The notes under the pieces are model-generated. The model was given only the letters and a program-made list of their open reading frames with translations. It was not told where the DNA came from and made no database searches. 64,000 bases of DNA from Octopus vulgaris. Taxonomy: Eukaryota. Each line of letters starts with the position of its first letter. The first letter of the stretch is position 1. Position numbers and translations under genes: made by a program. The DNA is taken from contig OX597823.1 in NCBI GenBank assembly GCA_951406725.2, forward strand, positions 16,678,001-16,742,000, written 5' to 3'. This document shows, piece after piece, positions 35,226 to 46,574 of this stretch.

Positions 35226-35445
35226 CCCTTTTGTTAGCATATTTCTGCTGAGATGCTCTGTGTTTCTTTCAATTACTTTAAATATAACTAAGAATTTAGT
35301 AAAATAACTTAGTTATCATTCAGCTAATGTTAGGAACATAAATTGTGACTAAGGTTTGGTGGAAGATTTTAATTCAAATCTTATGAAAACAAGACATTTG
35401 TACTCAGAGCCAGAGCTGGTTTCAGCCAGGTTGGTAACGAAAGGG
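35226..35445. mobile_element. piggyBac-like MITE (TTAA TSD)
   Basis: TTAA|CCCTTTTGTTAGC...GGTAACGAAAGGG|TTAA; reverse-complement match to 3159-3379. Confidence 0.75.
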
Positions 35446-38124
35446 TTAATATGAATTTGTTTAATTTGATATTGCTTGTAGAAATAAGCAAGTGTTGGTA
35501 TGATAGACATATTGTGCTAATGTGTCACTACTTCCGATTCCTGTTGATGCTCAGGCAGCATTTACGCTTTTAATGCTGTTGACTCCACTGGGTCGAATGG
35601 TACTACCCAGGTGTCAAAACCATAGTGATATTCATTAGGAATTGATGATAGTAATGTATATTTGATGTGCTTGTTTGTGAATTTTTTTATATTTTGGGGT
35701 CTCATTATTCCAAGTTATCCTTTGTTATAATAAAGTGTTTTTGGATTCATGGTTTATGGTGGTTACTTAAACAGATAGTAATTGCTTTACTTCATAGATA
35801 ATCTTATAAAGCTTGGATAACACTTAGATAGTGGTTTCTAGTTTTAGGAGGCTCCGTGGCATATATCGTTTCCTTCTTTATTTTCATTCCATACTGTATG
35901 GCTGGATACTGTAGCATATCAGGTTTTCTATAGAGCTTACCAGCCCCTCATTCAACCCTTTTCGATTTCTGGAGAAAGAGATGTTATGTGTTGTCCAGTG
36001 AAACATTTCTTAAGGAACAGCACAGCTAATTCAGAGAGACAGACAGACAGACAGAGAAGAAATTATCCCAATTCTTGATTGATACTTTATCCACTCTAGA
36101 AAAAAGAAAAGCAATGTTGACTTTGGTATCTGTTCATGGGTATCCCAGTTTTTAGAATAGGTATATCATATCCCTGCAAGTCATGAGAGGCAATTGAAGA
36201 GATTGGCTTCAAGAAGGGCATCACTGTCCAAATTATGCTGCCATTGAACGGTAGACATAAAAATTATAATAATGATGATGACATATCTCAGAAGCTTCTG
36301 TCAACCAAATTTCACCTGTAATGCATTGGGCAATTTGAGATTCGGGTGGAAGACACTTACCAAACATGCAACACAGATTACATGATTTCAAAGGTAGCTT
36401 TTTAACCAGTCTTGCCTGCCTCTCTCTCTCTCTCTCTCTTGAACACACATATGCATGCATAATTAAAGAGTGGACATTTCTTATTTCTTTATTGCCTACA
36501 AGAGGCTAAACATAGAGGGGACAAACAAGGACAGACAATGGGATTAAGTCGATTACATCGACCCCAGTGCGTAACTGGTACTTAATTTACTGACCCCGAA
36601 AGGATGAAAGGCAAAGTCGACCTCGGCAGAATTTGAACTCAGAACGTAACAGCAGACGAAATACGGCTATGCATTTCGCCCGGCATGCTAATGTTTCTGG
36701 ACATTTCTAACTTCAACTTCGAGTAATATTATATATCTACACAGTAGTGTTAATCTCAGGTTTAGGTACCATAGTGTTCTGTAGAACTTTCTTCATGACT
36801 ATGACCAGAGAGAGCTTAAAGCAGTTCCAGGTGTGACATTACAGGTACAGGTGTAGCCATGTAGTTTAAGAAGTTCACTTTATGACCCAAAAGGTTATGA
36901 AGTAAATCACTGAGAACTTGTCTCTGATAAAGGATTAGGAAAAACAAAGAATTATATGCATGGCTAAACATACACACACACAAATGCATGTGGGTGTATA
37001 TACAAGCAGACAGAAAGCTGAAATATATAAAACAAAAGAATTTAGACATTTTATAAGCAACAGAATCAATTGTTTGCTTGTTTTAAATTTATTTTTAAAA
37101 AATCACACACACACATACCAAGATAAAATTATCTTAAATAGGATAAAATTATGACAGCTCAATTAGAAAAAAAAATAGGAAGAATAATCAAGTTAAAATG
37201 GGGAAAGAAAAAAAGGATTATATCTTTCGTTAATATCAAGCAGAAGAATGATATTTTGTTGAAATGTTAATAAATAAATAGAAATTATGTGTAAAAAAGA
37301 GAGAGCAATATTTTAGGGGGCTCGTTAAAAATGTATTTTCATTATTATTTTTTAAATCTTTGTAAATAAAATAAAGAATTAAAAAAGGTGGTAGGATATC
37401 AAATAACTAAAAATAGATGTAGTAGCCAACTAAATCATAAAAAATAGGTATGATAGTTAACTATATAATTAAATATATACGTGGTAGCTAATGAAATAAT
37501 TAAAATTAGAGTGTTAACTAAATATAGCAAATGAAATATAAAGTAATATAAATAAGTCTAATCAGGACTGATGTAGTAAAATGTAAATTAAAGCAATCTC
37601 ATGGAAGATGTTGTTGTTTAGCCTTTGGTTAGTCCTGTGATCAAAGGAATTCCAGCTATGACTATGTAATCTTTTTCCTATTACACATTATTATTCAACA
37701 TATCCTTTATTTACATTGGTAGGGTGCAATTTAAAGCAGGATTGGTTGCTATTTTTAGCATTGCAGGAACCCCCAATTAGTTTTTGAATTGAAAAACATA
37801 TTATTGCTCAGAGGTACATTTATGTTGTATAATAATAATAAATACAATAATAATAATAATAATAAAAATAAATAAATGTGCCCTTTTAAAGCCTAGCCAG
37901 GCTGATGGGCCCGGTTTCCCGGTTTCAGTGGTGTATGTGTTCTCCAGCTGGACGGGACGCCAGTCCATCACAGTGTTACTCATTTTTGCCAGCTGAGTGG
38001 ACTGGAGCAATGTGAAATGAAGTGTTTTGCTCAAGAACACAACGCATCGCCTGGTCCAGGAATCAAAACCACAATCTTACGATCATGATGCTGACACCCT
38101 AACCACTAAGCCACGCGCCTCCAC

Positions 38125-38166
<42 letters not shown>

Positions 38167-38935
38167 TTTGGCACAAGAGCAGTACTTTTGAAGGGAAAAG
38201 GTAAGACAATTCCACTGACCCTAGTAATTGACTGATACTTTAATTTATTGGTACAAATGATGAAAACAAATTTGTCCTAGACAAGATTTTGAACTCAGAA
38301 CATAGTGAGCTGGAACACGACTACAACAACCTAAAACACTGGCCTTCTCATTCAGCTCAGACAAGCATGAAAAACATATATACAAACACACACGCTGATA
38401 GCAGCAATATAAATAGGCTTACAGCCCCAAAATGCTCAACAGAAATGCATACCACCAACTATAAGTGTAGTGGAACAACAGCCACATTCTAACTGAGTCT
38501 ACCTTCCTTACATCTGTTGTGGCCAGCATCAGAATCTATGGCCTTATAAGAATAGCTTAGACAATCGGAAGAGTGCAATGAGTCCAGTCTGTCACACTGC
38601 ACCTTATGCAATTCATCATTGCATGTTGGAGTCTGCAGTGTGGTCCTTAACTAAGAGGAGACATGATAGAACTAGGAAAACAGATCTGGAATTTTTGTGT
38701 CATTATTTAGTCATCTACCTGCATGTCATATGACTGCTTGATCAGGGATGACCAAGGGCTACATAACAACATAGGCATTCTCTATACAAATGGAGAGCAG
38801 ATTCTATGATACTTGTATACAAAGTGGTAGAGTAAAAAAAAAAAAAAAAAAAGGAAAAGAAATGAAAAAACCCATCAGATCTATCTAGCACTATTTTATC
38901 ATCCTCAAAAGTAGAATTGACTTCAGTGAGATTTA

Positions 38936-38973
<38 letters not shown>

Positions 38974-39197
38974 TAATAATAATAATGATGATGATGATGA
39001 TGATGAAAATGATAAGGGTTTCAGATTTTGGCTCAAGACCAGCAATATTAGGGGGAGGTGACAGCTAATTACATTGGTCCCATGGCTCAACTGGTACATA
39101 GTTGACCTCGGCAGAATTTGAACTCAAATAGTAAAGACAGATGAAAGGTCACTTAACATTTTGTCCAGCATGCTAACAATTCAGCCAGTTGACCACC

Positions 39198-39255
<58 letters not shown>

Positions 39256-39718
39256 TAACAATAATAATAATAATAATGATGATTTCAAATTTTGGCACAA
39301 GTCCAGCAATTTTGAGGGAGGGGACAAGTTGATTACATCGACCCCAGCGTCCAACTGGTACTTATTTTATCGACTCTGAAAGGATGAAAGACAAAGTCAA
39401 CACCAGCAGCATTCAAACTCAGAATGTAAAGTCGAAAGAAATGCTGCTAGCATTTTTCCCAGTGTATAATAATAATAATAATAATAATAAAAACAACAAC
39501 AACAACAACAATAATATTGGTTTCAAATTTTGGTACAAGGCCAAACCCTAACCTTAACCCTAACACTACATCAACCCCAGTACTGAACTGGTACTTATTT
39601 TATCGATCGCAAAAGGATGAAAGGCAAAGTCAACCTCGGTAGTATTTGAACTCGGAACAGACGAAATGCCACTAAGCAATTTTCCCTGTGCAATAACAAT
39701 TCTGCCAGCTCAATAATA

Positions 39719-39953
39719 GCCGCGACCGATGCCGTCAGTCGCCGGGAGTCTGTGGTGATATGCACCGGGTAAATACAGCGACGTGGTCCGACCCGTAAGT
39801 TAATGGAAACAGACCCGTGAGCTTACGGGTCGGCCCACGCTGGATAGTCACGCTCTAGGTGACTGTCGCACCCCAAGGGGGTCCAGACTATATTGAGGGC
39901 TAGCAGTCGGCAGGTGCATGTCTCCGGGATCGTTTGGCATGATGCCGGAGATG
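39719..39953. other. 235-bp GC/CpG-rich structured insertion of unknown type
   Basis: Flanked by direct repeat TCAATAATA (39710-39718 and 39954-39962); several hairpins; no ORF spans it. Confidence 0.6.
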
Positions 39954-42900
39954 TCAATAATATCAATGAATCTTTCCTTTTATTGCCACAAGGGCAATGG
40001 ATGAGAAAATATTAAAGAGACAAGTTACAAAGCAAAAAGTGTCAATAAAATGTGTGTATACAAATGTGTGATATCCCAGAGTACCACTATCTGGGGTCAA
40101 TCAAGGAATCCTACACTCTTAAGATTACCCTACTGACTAAAAGTATATGTACTCTCCTAGTTGCTACTCCCAAATACTGAGAATGGACCCATTCATTCGT
40201 GCCATGCTCACTATTCTCATTCAACTTTCAACAGATTTACTGGAGGAAAGCATCTTCTCTAAGTAAAACTTGAAAAAGTTTAAAACATTTTGATCAGAGA
40301 GGAAAATGTCTGTCCTCAGTCCTTTCAGTTGCATCCTTGTTGATACAACTCAGTTGATGATTGCAGGAAAACATCAAGAGGGAATTCTAAAGGACCGATA
40401 TCTGGAGAAGAAGGATTGTATACAGAGGTTAATGCTATATTAATCAAAGAAAGACACTTTGATTTAGAAAGTGAAATAAGATCAACCTGATATGAAGAGT
40501 AGAGGCCACTACACTAGTAGTGGTAGAAGAAATGGAGTGAGGAAACAGTGAGTCTGTGAGCAAGATGTCGAGGTGCATCAGTGAAGACTTCATGTATCAA
40601 TCAATTGGTTAAGAAGGGATTTGGGGAGATGTGTACAAATGTATCTGTAGTAGCAGCAATGTTCCAAAAGTGGATTAATACTTTGTTGTGGGTCTCACTT
40701 AAGACTACAATCAAACTGTTTAATGTGAGTGACAATATTATATTTTAAACCTTTAGTGTTCAATTTACTTTGTCAAATGTAATGCTTATTTATTCACATT
40801 GTTTTGAAAAAATCATGCATTAGCTTTATAGCTTGGAGATTTCAATGATGCGATTGTTTATTTTTTAGAATGATACATAGGCGCAGGAGTGGCTGTGTGG
40901 TAAGTAGCTTGCTTACCAACCACATGGTTTCGGGTTCAGTCCCACTGCATGGCACCTTGGGCAAGTGTCTTCTACTATAGCCTCGGTGTCTTCTACAAAG
41001 CCTTGTGAGTGGATTTGGTAGATGGAAACTGAAAGAAGCCCGTCGTATATATGCGTGTATGTTTGTGTCCCCCCAACATCGCTTGACAACCGATGCTGAT
41101 GTGCATGCGTCCTCGTAACTGAGCAGTTCGGCAAAAGAGACCAAAAGAATAAGTACTAGGCTTACGGTCGATTTGCTCGACTAAAGGCGGTGCTCCAGCA
41201 TGGCCGCAGTCAAATGACTGAAACAAGTAAAAGAGTAAGAGTAAAAGAGTATACTGTAGGGAAGGTGTAAGAGGCCAGATTAGGCCAGTTTGATCGTAAA
41301 ACAAAGATAATATTTTGGCCAGATAAGGCTGGTTTAAATGTTAAAAGGTTAAAGAAGTGAAAAGTTTGAGACTCCAGTTTCAGCCAGAAGCTGGTGTAGA
41401 GAGACAGCAGATGCAGGAGGGGTTTTATTGTTATTGATTTTCTCTCAGTTACTCTTCTACATCAGAGGTTTCGTATTTTCCAAGAACTGTTTCCCTGTAT
41501 AAGAGTTGCTGAAGCATGGAACAAACTGCCGGCATCAGTTGTCAGAGCACTGCATCCTTCAAAACTTCCATGCTTCCTGAGATTCGTCAACACTACACCT
41601 GATTTTCTCCCCTCCATACACATGCAAGCATGTATCTGACTCATACATTGTTCACTTTCCAGACATTTGTACATTACTGCATATGCTTTATACGCACTTT
41701 CTGACAAGTTGTGGTGCACCTGAGCATTGTATACAATAATTTCATTATTATTACAAAAATATATATACATCATCATCATCGTTTAACGTCCGTTCTCCAT
41801 GCTAGCATGGGTTGGACGGTTCGACCGGGGATCTGGGAAGCCAGGAGGCTGCACCAGGCTCCAGTCTTATCTGGCAATGTTTCTACAGCTGGATGCCCTT
41901 CCTAACGCCAACCACTCCGTGAGTGTAGTGGGTGCTTTTTACGTGCCACCTGCACTGGAGCCAGGCGAGACTGGCATCGGCCACGGTCGGATTGGTGCAT
42001 TTTACATGCCACCGACACGGAAGCCAGTCGAGGCGGCACTGGCTTCGGCCACGATTCAGATGGGTGCTTTTTACGTGCCACCGACACGGAAGCCAGTCGA
42101 GGCGGCGCTGGCTTCGGCCACGATTCGGATAGTGCTTTTTACATGCCACCGACACAGAAGCCAGTCGAGGCGGCGCTGGCATCGGCCACGATTTGGATAG
42201 TCCTTTTTACGTATCTCCAGTCCAGGGGTCCTGGCATCTGCCGGGTGCCAGTCATAGGATTGGTTCAATATATACATACATAAACATGACAGACATGCTA
42301 GCATATCTGTCGTGTTTACAGATGTGGGTTTGTGCTCTACAGGCAGCCTTCAACTATTTTTCATCCAAACGGTTTTTAAACTAATACTCTACACATTATA
42401 GCTTTATCTACATAAATACACGAGCATGCACACTCGTTCATACAAATGTATATAAATATGACTGTATAAATGCACACCCTTCTATGTAATGCCCCATCAC
42501 TTTTTGTCTATGAAGTTTGTATTATATTATTTTGCACTGTATTGTAATATATTGTGCTTTGTTTTGTTGGGCGGGGGGTCTGTCCTTGTAACAGTTAAAG
42601 CGAGTATCTTGGTCAGATACCAGAGACAAATAAATTAACAACATTTTACCATAGTGAGAAACCATCAAATATCTTCTATATTTTTAATATCAATCATCAT
42701 CATCATCATTGTTTAACGTCCGCTTTCCATGCTGGCATGGGTTGGACAGTTCAACTGGGGTCTGGGAAGGCAGAAGGCTGCACCAGGCTCCAGTCTGATC
42801 TGGCAATGTTTCTACAGCTGGATGCCCTTCCTAATGCCAAATCAGTAGAGAAGAATTCAATGAAATAAGAACCAATTATATACTCGGATTGACTGAATCA

Positions 42901-43475
42901 ACGGTATATATTCTTCACAGACTCATGATGTTTTATGCTAATTTCATCAGGCAGGGAGAACCTATAAAGGTAATGGAGACTATTTCCCTTCCTTTGACTA
43001 ACTCATAAAAGAAAAGTTTAAAAAATCAACATCATATTATTATTATTATTATTACCAAAACAGAAAGCTGGCAGAATTGTTAGTACACTGCAAAAAGGGC
43101 CTAGCAGTATTTTGTCAATCTTTACATTCTGAGTTCAAACTCTGCAGAGGCCAACTTTACCTTTTATCATTTTGGGGCCAATAAAGTAAAGTTGAACACT
43201 AAGGTTAGCATAATCGACTTAATCCCTCTTCTAAAATTGCTGGCCTTGTGCCAAAATCTGAAACCCTTATTATTCATCATCATCATCATCATCGTTTAAC
43301 GTCCGTTCTTCATGCTAGCATGGGTTGGACGGTTCAACCGGGGATCTGGGAAGCCAGAAGGCTACACCAGGCTCCAGTCTTATCTGGCAATGTTTCTACA
43401 GCTGGATGCCCTTCCTAACGCCAACCACTCCGTGAGTGTAGTGGGTGCTTTATTATTATTATTATTATTATTATT

Positions 43476-43697
43476 AAAATCAAAATTAAAAGAAGAGTGC
43501 CGTTGTTATCTAGTGAACGATATTTCGACATCTTGTGTGTCTTCAACAGGTTCAAAAAATAAATTTGTCAATCTACTTCATTTTGGTTTATATAGAAAGG
43601 ATTGAGGTAACCCCTCCTGAAGATATAGAGTCAAAATGGCATTCTTCTTTTAATTTTGACTCTATATCTTCAGGAGGGGTTACCTCAATCTTTTCTA

Positions 43698-43700
<3 letters not shown>
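43476..43700. mobile_element. Penelope-like pseudo-LTR remnant with inverted duplication, in a (TTA)n tract
   Basis: 48-bp inverted repeat 43590-43637/43653-43700, a further inverted match of 43476-43501 to 43638-43659, and a hammerhead-like motif. Confidence 0.5.
43514..43554 (-). ncRNA. Minimal hammerhead-like motif, CUGUUGA core, different family
   Basis: Minus strand TGAAC-CTGTTGA-A-GACA-cacaaga-TGTC-GAAA-TA-TC-GTTCA. Confidence 0.5.
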
Positions 43701-43725
<25 letters not shown>

Positions 43726-43728
<3 letters not shown>

Positions 43729-43952
43729 TAGTTTTATTTTTATAGCGTGCTTTCACTTCACTACCGAGCGCAGCTCTGTGTGCCTTGGGTATGTGCTGTG
43801 ATTTGTTGTGATGCTTTGATGGTTATTGTATGGAAAGTGTTCTGCGTAGGATGTGTGCAGTGCCTAGTAGTGCAATTTTCTGTATGTTATATGTGTTTGT
43901 AAGTCCTGGCGTTTTTGTTATGTATTTGTCTGAATATTTTTTTATCATGCCT
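43726..43952 (-). mobile_element. 5'-truncated R4/Dong-like (RLE) LINE 3' end in a (TAA)n tract
   Basis: Minus strand reads GMIKK...PGL...IQKIALLGTAHILRRTLSIQ* followed by a short 3' UTR; (TAA)n on both sides. Confidence 0.7.
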
Positions 43953-43971
43953 TTTTTTTATATTATTATTA

Positions 43972-44017
<46 letters not shown>

Positions 44018-44074
44018 CATTATTATTATTATTGCAAATATGAAGAGCTTTCTCCCTAATCATTTAAAAGTTTG

Positions 44075-44322
44075 TCAAAATCGTTTTCTTTTCTTGCGAA
44101 TGCTGAGACCTTTACCAAACCATCCTGGAATTGAACGAGATCGAGACTGAGTGTATAATTTACCTTGCGAAGAAGACTTAAAACTAGCATCTACGTCTTC
44201 ACTTTCCCCCTCTTCTTTGCAGAGGTCTGCAACCGGTTGAGCAGGTTCTGTTTTGATATGAACACTATTGGCTGCTGAAACACGATCACCAGACTCTGCA
44301 TTATTCGAACTGGAATGACCCA

Positions 44323-44356
<34 letters not shown>

Positions 44357-44418
44357 TTGCAGAGCTAACAACTTAGAGAACTTCACTTTGTTATAAAAAC
44401 AACTAACACAATAACGAG

Positions 44419-44496
<78 letters not shown>

Positions 44497-45326
44497 GTTT
44501 GGAAGTCGTATTTCTTTGAGATTCGTTAGTTTGGTTGCTGCTATTACTCTCACTACTACCACTACTGCTACAAATACTACTACTACTACTGCTATTGCTA
44601 CTAGTGTTACAAAACTTTGGTAATGACTTAGAGCTGTGCAAAGATTCAAAATTAGGACGATAGTCCACGTTACATTTACTGTTGGCTAATTGTTCGTCTT
44701 GGCACACGGTAGGTTTGCAATCAGCCAATGCCGGGGGTCGACTGACTACAAAACCAGCGGCTTCGACAAGAGTGTGAAACTGATTCCAAGCAAGATAATC
44801 ATGCTCCATCAAGATATTTGCAACTGAGCACCAAGGCAAAGGGAGGGATTTTTTCTGTACGGTGTTTAAGGGACATGGAAAATTCCTTTGCCGCCGGCGG
44901 CAATAGGAATGGTCTTTATCACAAGAGTTCTTAAGAAAACATAGCGTACATTCACTGCTGTCAACAAACCTACAACTACACATATTGCTTTTCAAAGTTA
45001 ATTTTAAATTCGTGTTCTCATAACTGGAGTCTAAGGCGTTGGGTAGGTGGTGTTTGTCATGCGGAAAATTCTTTTCAGATGAACTTTGCAAAGATGATAG
45101 TGCTTGGCAAGAATGTTGGCTTTGGATTTCGGTTTTAATGGAAGATATCACGGCAGGAGATGATTGTTCAGTTTCCTTACTCTGCATAGATTCAGAATTC
45201 GATTTCTTGGACTTTATACAAAATTTTTCCTTCATGGAGTCAGGCACTTTAAGTTGTTTAGAAGTGGTACTCTTGTATTCATGGGCACGTAAAGGGACAG
45301 CAAAACGGAACATAGGATCCTTTTCC
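44075..45326 (-). CDS. SIRT7: SIRT7 last exon ([13 protein letters not shown]...[17 protein letters not shown]) with long low-complexity insert
   Basis: ORF 44075..45391 trimmed to the cag acceptor at 45327-45329; both ends resemble the SIRT7 C-terminus (DPIF..A.PLR and GWFG.G..K). Confidence 0.9.
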
Positions 45327-45784
45327 CTGTTGCAAAATATAATTGAAAACACATGTGTATATATAAATATACCGTAAACACACATACACATACATTATAC
45401 ACACATACACACACCTGTATATGAACTCAGAAATATATAATCTTATATATTTCTGTCTACCAAATCCATTCACAAGTTAGACCCAAGGCTATAGTAGAAG
45501 AGACTTGTTCAAAATGTTATGCAGTGGAATTGAACCCAAAACCAAGTTGTTGGGAAACAATCTCCATAACCCCAAACCATGCCTACATTTTATGTATGTG
45601 TGTACTTTTACTCTTACACACACATAGGCACAGGAGTGGCTGTGTGGTAAGAAGCTTGGTTCCTAACCACATGGTTCTGGGTTCAGTCCCACTGCATGGC
45701 ACCTTGGGCAATACTATAGCCTCAGCCGACCAATGCTTTGTGATTTGATTTGGTAGACGGAAACTGAAAGAAGCCCGTCGTATA

Positions 45785-45834
<50 letters not shown>

Positions 45835-46296
45835 TAAATAAGGGTGAAAAATTAGATATTAATTTAATAATACCATCAGTTTAACACCAAGTGGCTTAGC
45901 ACATAAAAAACCAGGGAGAAAATACAAATTTATATATAAATATAAGAGAGTTACCGTTAAGTGGTTAACTCTAGTGCTCTTACCATGCTTTTGGCGGGGA
46001 ACCTGAACCACAACTATGTATGCAATCGATTGGACCGCATGGGTATTGACGCTCGTGAGGGTCTAATAAATTGTATCGAAGACAAATGCTGCTGATGATT
46101 TATAGATAAATATGTGAGTATAATTGCATATTATATTGATAAAGAAACAATTGTTCAGCATTAATCTATCTTTTCGTTGTATTTTACTTTCCTTACATTG
46201 AAGGTAATGTTATTTCTTTGTGGAAATAACTTCGGTGGCTATACCAGAATAAGGAGCTATTTTTAGCACTAGAGTTAACCACTTAACAGTAACTCT

Positions 46297-46355
<59 letters not shown>

Positions 46356-46534
46356 GTTAAACACTGTTTTGCATGAGGTCAAGGTGTTACTTTAGCTGTG
46401 TAAAACATTGTGTTGCATTATCCAGACTGGAATGAATAACAGAATTGACCTGATCAATTGAAATGCTTGAAGGCAGTGCTTCAGTAAAATGACAATTAAA
46501 TTACTGAAATCACTTGTGTGTGTGTGTGTGTGTT

Positions 46535-46574
<40 letters not shown>

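Noticed and set aside
35450-35960. Possible decayed ORF on the minus strand (viral or transposon relic)
   Set aside because: Multiple stops and no motif I can identify; needs a translated search.
41930-42200. Regularly spaced GCCACCGACACGGAAGCCAGTC repeats resembling a CRISPR array
   Set aside because: The spacers are themselves repeats; this is the internal minisatellite of the RTE-tail family in a eukaryotic genome with no cas genes.
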